From positions 65,226,001 through 65,290,000 of the forward strand of contig NC_086108.1 of the NCBI RefSeq assembly GCF_963921235.1: a stretch of 64,000 bases of DNA, written 5' to 3'. The position numbers and the translations under genes were made by a program. Numbering within the stretch: the stretch's first letter is position 1; every line of letters begins with the position of its first letter. This DNA is from Mobula hypostoma. Taxonomy: Eukaryota. Below the pieces are notes generated by a model. That model made no database searches. It was given only the letters and a program-made list of their open reading frames with translations, and was not told the origin of the DNA. Shown in pieces: positions 11,892 through 23,066 of this stretch.

Positions 11892-13020
11892 AACCAGCCC
11901 ATTGTAAAGATTTCTGAGCCCGTTGTTCCTTTCAGTGTAGGTGGTGGACAACTAGACTTTTTGATTCATACTGGAGCCACTTTTCCTACAATCTGAGCTT
12001 CCGACTGGCCACAAGCATCACTAAGAGATGAATCAGTAAATGCCATGGACTGATAGGACAGACGGTTTCACTGCCCCTTTCCTGCTAGGTCACTTATCAG
12101 CTTTTTAGATATGAAGGGGAACATCAATTTCTAATAACACCAGAATCACTGATCAATTTATTGGGCCGGAATCTTTTTTGTAAGTCGGGATGTATATTAG
12201 CACACTCCCCAGAAGGGGTACAGCTGGAGGTGCCTGAGACAGTCTATCAATCGTTTGTGTTTTATTGGAAGACTCCGTTCAAAAATGACCAGGGCTCTGG
12301 TGGTGGAATTTCGTTGGTGTACCTTTGTCTGCTAATACATTAACCATACTTAAGCAACTGCTGAAACTTCCAGAGGCTGGCACGTCTGAGTGACACCTGA
12401 TGGCACATTATTCCGCAGAGGATCTGGACTATCTGCATGAGAAAACAGCAAAACAATTGTTGCAAGATCTAACAGTAAGTCATTCCCTCTTGTTATTTTT
12501 GCTCTCTGCGTGGGCCCCGGAGGTATTGTTGCTGCTGTAAAGCTTACACCCATTTTGTTTTAAACATCGCCTGATTTGAGCCCACACTTTACCCTTGATG
12601 TTGCACCATCAAATCACTCACAGGATTTGGGACCCATGCTTAATCATTTCCTATGTAAGCCATCAGAGGTTAATTATGCCCAATTGGAGGGAACTCTTTC
12701 AGAATTTCTCCAGGCACTTGTCTTTCTGTACATACAATAACCCTATTTCCTACTCTGCTGAGTTTGAGCATCAAGTCCTAAGTCTCTCCAAGGTAAGTGC
12801 TGATGAAACAATGAAACGCTTGTTCACTCAAGTACCTGAATCATGGTGGGTGAAAGGAAGTAATAATGTGGGCTGAGTACTGTGTGTAGAACTTTTGAAA
12901 GTACTGTACTGTGTGATTGGATTCATCAAAACCCCTCCAACGCAAACCTCAGTGTCCTTTGAATTCAGAGGCAGAGAAGGACATTAAGCCTGTATTGCAA
13001 GCATTCCTATAAAGGGGAAT
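11892..13020 (+). pseudogene. pol: ERV pro-pol N-terminus: protease, 2H-phosphoesterase-like domain, RT start
   Basis: FLIHTGAT (DTG active site mutated) and NLLGRNL. HL(M/T)AHY and PHFTL...DLGPM motifs. RT start KPQCPLNSEAEKDIKPVL. Confidence 0.75.
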
Positions 13021-13636
13021 TGTCATTCCGACAGGATTGAGTTCTGTTCATTTGGGCCGTGCACACATTCAGTAAGCATACGCAATTTCTCTGTTGTGGG
13101 CATGTGCGTTGGGGAGAAGGTGGGCATTCTGGCTGGAAAGATAGTGGCCCTCATGTATTGAAGGTGGACAATAAAAGTAAAGTTGTTTAAACAAAAGGAA
13201 AACTTGTCTTTGTTGTTTGAGTGTGAACAGTGGTACCAGAAGATGGTTTCCAATTATAGGATCCCGCCAGCATGTGGCGAGAGCAAGCCTTACCAAAGCT
13301 GGAAAAATGAAATTGGAATATGGACTTGTGTTACTAAGCTCGAAAAGAACAAGCAGACCCTTGCAGTTGTGCTGTCGTTTTCGGGAGCAGCCAGGGAGAC
13401 CGTGATAGGAATTTTGGTGAACAAAGATGGCAGTATAATTACACTAATAAATACACTTGATTCAGTTTTTCTGAAGGAAGAAAGAAATTGGATTATGAGT
13501 CATATTCAGATGTTGACAAAATTTCCAGAGACAATTCTAAAAATATGGCTGATTATATTATTCATTTTGAACGAAAGTAAAATTGTATGTGTAAATACAA
13601 ACTGGAACTTACTGATCCAGTTTCAGCTTTTAAATT
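13021..13636 (+). mobile_element. 5' fragment of LTR retrotransposon C (LTR, PBS, gag start)
   Basis: TGTCA...GAACA LTR at 13021-13229, Met-like PBS TGGTACCAGA, and gag-like MVSNYRIPP..YQSWKNEIGIW..KQTLAVVLSFSGAAR. Confidence 0.65.
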
Positions 13637-15369
13637 CAAACAACAGGAATTCTGCAGATGCTGGAAATTCAAGCAACACACATCAAAGTTGCTGGTGAAC
13701 GCAGCAGGCCAAGCAGCATCTGTAGGAAGAGGTGCAGTCGACGTTTCAGGCCGAAACCCTTCGTCAGGACTAACTGAAGGAAGAGTGAGTAAGGGATTTG
13801 AAAGTTGGAGGGGGAGGGGGAGATCCAAAATGATAGGAGAAGACAGGAGGGCGAGGGATAGAGCCAAGAGCTGGACAGGTGATAGGCAAAAGGGGATACG
13901 AGAGGATCATGGGACAGGAGGTCCGGGAAGAAAGACAGTGGGGGGGGACCAGAGGATGGGCAAGAGGTATATTCAGAGGGACAGAGGGAGAAAAAGGAGA
14001 GTGAGAGAAAGAATGTGTGCATAAAAATAAGTAACAGATGGGGTACGAGGGGGAGGTGGGGCCTTAGCGGAAGTTAGAGAAGTCGATGTTCATGCCATCA
14101 GGTTGGAGGCTACCCAGACGGAATATAAGGTGTTGTTCCTCCAACCTGAGTGTGGCTTCATCTTTACAGTAGAGGAGGCCGTGGATAGACATGTCAGAAT
14201 GGGAATGAGATGTGGAATTAAAATGTGTGGCCACTGGGAGATCCTGCTTTCTCTGGCGGACAGAGCGTAGATGTTCAGCAAAGCGGTCTCCCAGTCTGCG
14301 TCGGGTCTCACCAATATATAAAAGGCCACATCGGGAGCACCGGACGCAGTATATCACCCCAGTTGACTCACAGGTGAAGTGTTGCCTCACCTGGAAGGAC
14401 TGTTTGGGGCCCTGAATGGTGGTAAGGGAGGAAGTGTAAGGGCATGTATAGCACTTGTTCCGCTTACATGGATAAGTGCCAGGAGGGAGATCAGTGGGGA
14501 GGGATGGGGGGGACGAATGGACAAGGGAGTTGTGTAGGGAGCGATCCCTGCGGAATGCAGGGGGGGGGGAGGGAAAGATGTGCTTGGTGGTGGGATCCCG
14601 TTGGAGGTGGCGGAAGTTACGGAGAATAATATGTTGGACCCGGAGGCTGGTGGGGTGGTAGGTGAGGACCAGGGGAACCCTATTCCTAGTGGGGTGGCGG
14701 GAGGATGGAGTGAGAGCAGATGTACGTGAAATGGGGGAGATGCGTTTAAGAGCAGAGTTGATAGTGGAGGAAGGGAAGCCCCTTTCTTTAAAAAAGGAAG
14801 ACATCTCCCTCGTCCTAGAATGAAAAGCCTCATCCTGAGAGCAGATGCGGCGGAGACAGAGGAATTGTGAGAAGGGGATGGCGTTTTTGCAAGAGACAGG
14901 GTGAGAAGGGGAATAGTCCAGATAGCTGTGAGAGTCAGTAGGCTTATAGTAGACATCAGTGGATAAGCTGTCTCCAGAGACAGAGACAGAAAGATCTAGA
15001 AAGGGGAGGGAGGTGTCGGAAATGGACCAGGTAAACTTGAGGGCAGGGTATATTGGCGAGACCCGACGCAGACTGAGAGACCGCTTTGCTGAACATCTAC
15101 GCTCTGTCCGCCAGAGAAAGCAGGATCTCCCAGTGGCCACACATTTTAATTCCACATCCCATTCCTATTCTGACATGTCTATCCACGGCCTCCTCTACTG
15201 TAAAGATGAAGCCACACTCAGGTTGGAGGAACAACACCTTATATTCCGTCTGGGTAGCCTCCAACCTGATGGCATGAACATTGACTTCTCTAACTTCCGC
15301 TAAGGCCCCACCTCCCCCTCGTACCCCATCTGTTACTCATTTTTATGCACACATTCTTTTCTCTCACTC
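13637..15369 (-). mobile_element. Penelope-like element, 5'-truncated minus copy (13637-15046) with inverted plus arm (15047-15369)
   Basis: RT C-terminus (LPFLDL, YYKPTD) and GIY-YIG (GVIYCVRC..LYIGET). Near-identical to 47350-48763. Confidence 0.92.
13736..13771 (-). ncRNA. Minimal type I hammerhead ribozyme of the Penelope-like element
   Basis: AGTC-CTGACGA-AGGGTTTCGGCCT-GAAAC-GTC-GACT: stem I, intact catalytic core, stem II and a minimal stem III with GUC site. Confidence 0.85.
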
Positions 15370-16735
15370 TACTGCCAGGGCAGTAGCAATGGACCTTTAT
15401 GGGCATCTGGTACCCCAATGTGTTCAGGCTGCCAATTCTATATCAAATTCTATTGATGAATTTATACAATTTCAATGTGATGCACCTGAGGCCACAACAT
15501 TTCATGGACTAAAATATAAGCGCTGGGATTTCTGGCCTTAGCAAGGAAAATGATGGCGAAATGTATGATTTGACAGAGACGTAATCCTGGAAAATACTGT
15601 CGGTACCAGCCATTGTGGATCCTTCCCCTGGGGGACCATTCATGTATCTCCAAATGGACTTTATGCAGTTACCCAAATATTTGGGTTATAATTATGTGCT
15701 TGTTGTTGCATGTTTGTTTTCTTGGTATGTAGAAGCATATCCAACTCGTTGAAGCTCGTTTAGTTGTTGCTGAACTCTTATTATGAGAATTTATTCCTAG
15801 GTTTGGAATCCCAGAAAAGATCGAGTGATAACAGCCTAGACTTCACAGGCAAGGTAATAGGTGAACTAATAAAAGCCGTACTATGTAAGCATAATTTCAC
15901 CTGTCCTTTCCGCCCTTAATCTTCTGGTGCAATTGAAAGAAAGAACGGGCCCTGAAAAGCGAGCTGGCTAAATTGTGTGGAGAAACTGGGCTAATATGGC
16001 CAGAGGCACTTCCACTGGCCCCCACAACAATATGCTGCACACCAATCTGTGTAATGGGACTATCTCTGCATGAGGTAGTATTGGAATGTCCCACATGCTT
16101 GCTAATCACTCATCCCACTTCAGTAAAATACATGGACCTCCATACTGTGAGGAAAAACATGTTGCAGTATTGTGTGGCATCAATGCAAACTCTTTTAAAG
16201 GTTTCCATCACCAGGTATCAGAAGCCCAAAAAGTCCTGACAACTGCAGAGTGCCACACCTGCCAGATAGGAGATTGGGTACTAGTGAGAGCCTACTGATG
16301 AATTAACTGTCTAGAGCCTTTCTCGGAAGGTCCCTTCCAAGCGTGGAATGAGGAAGAGTTTCGGTGCCTGTCCACCTGGCCTGGGTGTGAAGTTGGATTG
16401 CTCCAAGCGCTGAGCCCATTTGGTGAGATTGAGAATGGCTTCAGGCTGTGTCGCCATGCCCGTTTCAGGTCCTGGAGCGTGGCACTACTTGGTGGTTGGA
16501 CAGCTTAAACATTAGTCCAGATGGACTGGAAGCCCGTTTCGGGTATGGAGGCGAAGTTTGATCTGATTCCTTTCTCTGCGGCGCCAAGGCTGTGAACTGG
16601 TCCAACTGCTGTGTGTTTCTGCCCCATTGGTGTGATGTGCTGGGGACCAAGGGTTGGGCTGACTCCGGCTGCTCTGCGAGCGGATCTCGGACTCAGTCTG
16701 GTTCGAGATATGTTGGCTTGCTTCTATTGTTTGCA

Positions 16736-16768
<33 letters not shown>

Positions 16769-16995
16769 TCTCTCTCTCTCTCTCTCTTTCTAAGTTTAGT
16801 GGTTTTTGTTTTTTTTTAAATTGGCTTATTCAGGTTTCTTGCTTTGTGGCTGCCTGTAGGCAACCAAATTTCAAGGTGTAAAATTTATACATTTTTTGAT
16901 AATAAATGAGCTTAAAACCTTTGAAGTGTTGCTGACCACGTACACTGTTTTAAAGGTCCAAGGAAAGCTGACGTGGATACACAACTCACATTAAG
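15370..16995 (+). pseudogene. pol: ERV RNase H end and integrase (interrupted at 16341-16920)
   Basis: PFMYLQMDFMQLP..YVLVVACLFSWYVEAYP, FIPRFGIP, SSGAIERKNG, WPEALPLA, GDWVLV..GPFQ | VLLTT..TWIHNSH. Confidence 0.85.
16341..16920 (+). mobile_element. Non-autonomous retroposon with internal (GT)n(CT)n microsatellite (16738-16788)
   Basis: Splits the integrase GPFQ|VLLTT motif. Its 3' tail resembles 28110-28329 and 45060-45250. Confidence 0.6.
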
Positions 16996-17411
16996 CCAGC
17001 GGTTTCACTGGACCAGGGAACAGGAGGCCAGAAGAACATTGATGGTAAGCACTGTCGGACTGAGCTCCTGATCTTTGCTGTTTGCCACCTTAAGTAACCA
17101 ACATGTATTATATGTTTTGGGTAATCCGGACATCTATTTCTGCCTAAATGCAGAGGTATCCCACAACACTAATAATCCTTTACATCGCCTTAAATGTGAA
17201 TATATGTTGCATAGTAACTGCTCAGGTTGTGGGTTTGGATTAGAGGGCCAATACATTCAGAAAGTGGTTTGCCAATATGCCCTGTACCTCCAAATCACAG
17301 TGAGTTTGATTCTATGTTTTAGTTTGATAGTGAAACCAAAACTGTAAAGGAAGCAGGAACTGAACTGTCCATAGGAATGACTCTTGCCAGCGGAGCTGTT
17401 TTGAGGGTGGG

Positions 17412-18640
17412 TGACAACCTACCTACAAAGACGGGCATTACTGCCCTGCACTGAAGCTGCTTCATGAGGATAGGGGTGAAGCATATGTAACATCCTGGTT
17501 AAGATTTTTACTGCTATGCTGTAGGTAGTTCATTTTAGCGTTTCTGTAAGAGCATTCTGGTCTGTTTTTAGCATGTCTGGGTTTGAGCTAAAGATAAGGG
17601 GTTATGTTGTTCAACTTAGGAATGTTGTGTCAGCCAGTCAGGATGGTGGAATTGGGAGAAGGTTCTAGAGAATGCTAGGCAGAGAGATTTTTTGTGACGG
17701 AAACTGCTGTGGGTTGAGGTCTTCTTCGGCGGGGGTTGGGAGAAGGCAGGAGGGAAGATGGCTGAGGATACCATCCCTGTTCCACAAGGTGTTTTGTGCA
17801 GATGAATACCTTCAATGAGGAAGGACCAATACACCCATGGAGTACCTGTTTGTTCAGGATGGATTTCAAGTGACATTTGGAAGGTGGGTTAACTGTAATG
17901 GGCCCTTTTTATTTTATTTCCTTTTCTTTTTCCTACTAAGTATTCAATAAAGCTGAAATTTGTAAGTATACTTTCTTTATAATTGTATGCAGTTTGTGAC
18001 CTGTTATTTCTTGCCAACTGCTACTTACACAGTATTCACACAGATTGGGGTTGGGTGGTTGAGACATCCCGACTTCCCGGTTTTGGTGGGACCCAAATCA
18101 TACTGACCCTAGAAGTTTAAAGTTTGAGAAAGGTGGCCAAAAAGTTCTATTCAAAAGACCTCTGCTGTGGTAGTGTGTATTCAAGCTAAATGAGTGAAAC
18201 CTTTATAGTGAGTGTTCTCCAGAAAGGTCTTCCCCTTACACAATAGGGGGTGATGGAGACAGACAAGATGCAGAAGGATATGAAAGATACCTAACAACTA
18301 AGACTCTGTTGTCTTTACTAACTTCACACTATCATCGGCTGTCTGCTCGAAGTTTTGATTGACTTCTAACACTTGTATTGTGCATGGCGATTGATCTTGT
18401 GGGAAAAGAATTCAAACATATACAATTTACAATAATCAATATCCATAACTGATAAGCCGGTTTTGCATTAAAATGGCAGTTTTCTGTTCAGAATTCAGAA
18501 CAGTGTGGGCGACAGGGGCCTGCTGTACTCCCTGTTCACAAGTTAAGCGAAAGGAATGCTGGAGTCATAAGAGTACGTGTGTTCTGGGTCCAGTTAATTT
18601 AGTTATTTATTTCATTATTGTGATGACAGTTACGTTGTCA
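17412..18640 (+). repeat. ERV 3' LTR, interrupted by a solo LTR at 17486-18136
   Basis: Purine-rich GAGGGTGGG precedes TGACAAC (17412), whose perfect inverted repeat GTTGTCA ends at 18640. Homologous to the 5' LTR. Confidence 0.75.
17486..18136 (+). mobile_element. Solo LTR related to Gypsy B LTR
   Basis: Starts TGTAACA. Shares blocks with the reverse complement of 8907-9468 (AGATAA.GGG, AATGGGCCC followed by a T-rich tract, TGTTATTTC). The 3' terminus is lost. Confidence 0.6.
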
Positions 18641-19964
18641 AGAATCTGTCCTTGATAGCATTTGACTCAGTGTTGCGTCAAAGTAATGTTTCAAATCTGA
18701 AGTCTGAGAAGCCATATGGTCTATTCCTGCTTCTAATGTGTATGTTTCCATGCTCCATTGAAGTTAATGCCTGTTTAATATCACGAAGCAAAATGAAATT
18801 TCATCCCCCACTATCTCAACTCTTTCCCTCGGTTACTCTGCTCTCACTTCCACCCCACATGTTGGAAAGGAAAGACTAAATTGAAAAAGAAACGGTATTA
18901 GAAAGATTAAGGCGAGAAAAACTATTTCTAGAATTTCTCCGGGTAGTTTCAGTTCCAATGCCAGAAATTACTGAGGAACTAATGGGGGATGTATTAAGTT
19001 TACGAATTCCGCTTTAAGACTTTAAAACCATATTCTTAAGTTTTCAGTGTTATTAAATTTACCCTTTTCTGATCATGAGAGCTGTAAAACTGGTACATTA
19101 TGTGTATCTTCTCCTGAGAAAGCAAATACAAACTACTTTCTGGCTCTGGATTTCACTTATCATTTCCAGACCACATTTATTTTTCCTACAGTTTTGTTTT
19201 TTTTCTTGCCCATTTCCTGAAGCTCTTACAATGTATGTTAATACTTAAAAATTTATTTCAAAATCCAGTGCATCAAATTTTTGGTTATACTTATCTTTTT
19301 TTAAAATCACCCAATCTTCAAGCTTTCTGCTCTTTTTATTTAACAACGTTATGAACTGGTACCAGCTTTGACATCTTGTCAGTCACAGATGGATCATTCT
19401 TACTTTGGAAATTTTCTCATTGGAATGTGAGTTCATTGTAAATTGTGGAAGGCTTACTTCAATGACTACTGCACATTGTGTACTAAGCAAAGCTTATAGT
19501 TTAATCTCTCAGTCTACTTCAGCCATTTATCCTATATACCTATATACTTGGCAGGAATTGGCAGCTCCGTTTGTTGAACTGTTCAAACTTCAAAAAGTCT
19601 CCAACTTGCATGCATGCGTTGTCAAACACAGTAGGCTTTGAGTTTATGAGACTTACTGAGTGACAGATGGCGCCACATCTGTCACTGCATTCCTTCATCA
19701 TTCTCCTGCCTTATTGGGAGTCCCCAATGTTACACTCGGGAAATCGTGACTCTGTTCACCTGGTCAGAACTGGCACAGGATCTGACATCCCTCTGATTGC
19801 AATGCATATTCTAGGTCTGTGAATTAGGAAGCAAAGGCAGGTTTGTTAATTTTAAAATTATTTTAATGTGTTTAATTATTGCTTAATTATTGCTGAGTTT
19901 TGAAGTGCATGTAATTATTCTTATATTTCAAACATCTTTTCCCAATAATTTACTGCCAAATTTC

Positions 19965-22800
19965 TTAACAAGTATAAGAAATAAAGTAGATGAGCTTGAG
20001 GCACAGTTGGAAATTGGTAAGTATGATGTTGTGGGAATAACAGAGACATGGCTTCAAGTGGACAGGGCCTGGGAAATGAATATTCAAGGTATACGTCCTA
20101 TTGAAAGGACAGACTGATGGGCAGAGGGGGTGGGGTGGCTCTGTTGGTGAGGAATGATATTCAGTCCCTTGCGAGGGGGGACATAGAATCAGGAGACGTA
20201 GAGTCAGTATGGATAGAACTGAGAAATTCTAAGGGTAGAAAGACCCTAATGGGAGTTATCTACAGGCCCCCAAACAGTAGTCTGGATGTAGGGTGTAAGT
20301 TGAATAAAGAGTTAAAACTGGCATGTCGCAAAGGTAATGCTACAGTTGTTATGGGGGATTTCAACATGCAGGTAGACTGGAGGAATCAGCTTGGTACTGG
20401 ACCCCAAGAAAGGGAGTTTGTGGAGTCCCTCCGAGATGGATTCTTAGAACAGCTTGTACTGGAGCCTACCAGAGAGAACGCAATTCTAGATTTAGTGTTA
20501 TGCAATGAACCGGATTTGATCAGGGACCTTGAGGTAAAGGAGCCATTAGAAGGTAGTGACCATAAGTTGGAGAAGGGAAACTCGTAAGTGTCAGTATTAC
20601 AGTTGAACAAAGGGAACGGTGGTGCTATGAGGGAGGAGCTGGCCAAAGTTCAATGGAACAATACCCTAGCAGGGATGACAGTGGAACAGCAATGGCAAGT
20701 GTTTCTGGGAATAATGCGGAAGGTGCAGGATCAGTTCGTTCCAAAGAGGAAGAAAGATCCTAAGGGGAGTAGGGGGAGGCTGTGGCTGACAAGGGAAGTA
20801 ATTGACAGTATAAAAATAAAAGAGAAGTATAGCATAGCAAAGACGAGTGGGAAGCCGGAGGACTGGAAAATGTTTAAAGAGCAACAGAAGGTAACTAAGA
20901 AGGCAATATGTGGAGAAAAAATGAGGTATGAAGGTAAACTAGCCAAGAATATAAAGGAGGATAGTAAAAGCTTCTTTAGGTATGTGAAAAGGAAAAAAAT
21001 AATTAAGATCAAAACTGGGCCCTTGAAGACAGAAATGGGTGAATTTATTATGGGGAACAAGGAAATGGCAGACAAGTTGAACAGGTACTTTGGATCTGTC
21101 TTCACTAGGGAAGACACAAACAATCTCCCAGATATAATAGTGGCCAAAGGACCTAGGGTAATGAATGAACTGAAGGAAATTTATATTAGGCAGGAAATGG
21201 TGTTGGATAGACTGTTGGGTCTGAAGGCTGACAAGTCCCCGGGACCTGATGGTCTACATCCCAGGGTACTTAAGGAGGTGGCTTTAGAAATCGTGGATGC
21301 ATTGGTAATCATTTTCCAATGTTCTATAGATTCAGGATCAGTTCCTGTGGATTGGAGGGTGGCTAATGTTGTCCCAATCTTCAAGAAGGGAGGAAGAGAG
21401 AAAACAGGGAATTATAGACCGGTTAGCCTGACGTCGGTGGTGGGAAAGATGCTGGAGTCAATTACAAAAGATGAAATTACGACACATCTGGATAGCAGTA
21501 ACAGGATCGGTCCGAGTCAGCATGGATTTACGAAGGGGAAATCGTGCTTGACTAATCTTCTGGAATTTTTTGAGGATGTAACTATGAAAATGGACAAGGG
21601 AGTGTACCTGGACTTTCAGAAAGCCTTTGATAAAGTTCCACATAGGAGATTAGTGGGCAAAATTAGGGCACATGGTATTGGGGGCAGAGTTCTGACATGG
21701 ATTGAAAATTGGCTGGCTGACAGAAAAACAAAAAGTAGCGATTAATGGGTCCCTTTCGGAATGGCAGGCGGTGACCAGTGGGGTACCACAGGGTTCAGTG
21801 CTGGGACAGCAGCTGTTTACAATATATATTAATGATTTAGATGAGGGAATTAAAAGTAACATTAGCAAATTTGCCAATGACACAAAGCTGGGTGGTGGTG
21901 TGAAATGTGAGGAAGATGTTATGAGAATGCAGGGTGACTTGGACAGGCTGGGTGAGTGGGCAGATGCATGGCAGATGCAGTTTAATGTGGATAAATGTGA
22001 GGTTATCCACTTTGGAGGTAAGAACAGGAAGGCAGATTATTATCTAAAAATGGAGTCAAGTTAGGAAAAGGGGAAGTACAACGAGATCTAGGTGTTCTTG
22101 TACATCAGTCACTGAAAGCAAGCATGCAAGTACAGAATGCTGTGAAGAAAGCTAATGGCATGCTGGCCTTCATAACAAGGGGAATTGAGTATAAGAGCAA
22201 AGAGGTCCTTCTGCAGCTGTACAGGGCCCTGGTGAGACCACACCTGGAGTACTGTGTGCAGTTTTGGTCTCCAAATTTGAGGAAGGACATTCTTGCTATT
22301 GAGGGAGTGCAGCGTAGGTTCACAAGGTTAATTCCCGGGATGGCAGGACTGTCATATGTGGAAAGATTGGAGTGACTGGGCTTGTACACTCTGGAATTTA
22401 GAAGGCTGGGAGGGGATCTTATTGAAACATATAAGATTATTAAGGGATTGGACAAGCTGGAGGTAGGAAGCATGTTCCCGCTGATGGGTGAGTCCAGAAC
22501 CAGAGGCCACTGTTTAAGAATAAGGGGGAGGCCATTTAGAATGGAGTTGAGGAAAAACTTTTTCACCCAGAGAGTAGCGGATATATGGAATGCTCTGCCC
22601 CAGAAGGCTGTGGAGGCCAAGTCTCTGGATGCTTTCAAGAAAGAGATGGATAGAGCTCTTAAAGATAGCGGAATCAAAGGTTATGGGGAAAAGGCAGGAA
22701 CTGGATACTGATTGTGGATGATCAGCAATGATCACAGTGAATGGCGGTGCTGGCTCGAAGGGCCGAATGGCCTACTCCTGCACCTATTGTCTATTGTTTG
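19965..22800 (+). mobile_element. CR1 LINE, near-complete ORF2 (APE endonuclease and RT), disrupted
   Basis: [40 protein letters not shown] and a CTATTGT repeat tail. Confidence 0.95.
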
Positions 22801-23066
22801 AGAAATGGAAATGGTCCTCTGTCACATGCTATCAGCATTGTTTCAGGGGCACTTGATTATTTTACCAAGCTCAATGTCGGGCTCCAAGGTGCAGAGAGCA
22901 GAAGGTCACTCTTCCATTGTCATCCCAGCAAAAGTATATGTTGTGGGGGGGGGCAGGGTTGTAGAGTCAGTGTCAGTTCAGTAATTCTGAGTGGTTGGAT
23001 AGATCCAATGTAATTCACCAGCAAGACACTTGCTTCAGATTTGTATGCATGCTGTGAGGAATTGTC

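Larger units (their letters stand above)
2395..18640 (+). mobile_element. Degenerate endogenous retrovirus (gamma/epsilon-like), heavily interrupted
   Basis: Paired LTRs, PBS-like site and splice donor. gag, pro, RT start and integrase motifs are in colinear order. The host LINE resumes after 18640. Confidence 0.85.

Noticed and set aside
14064..15155. 363-aa ORF as a novel fusion protein
   Set aside because: It reads through the Penelope inversion junction; the N-terminus is antisense GIY-YIG sequence.
22105..22677. Long antisense ORFs over CR1 and Penelope copies
   Set aside because: Shadow frames of transposon coding sequence, repeated in each copy.
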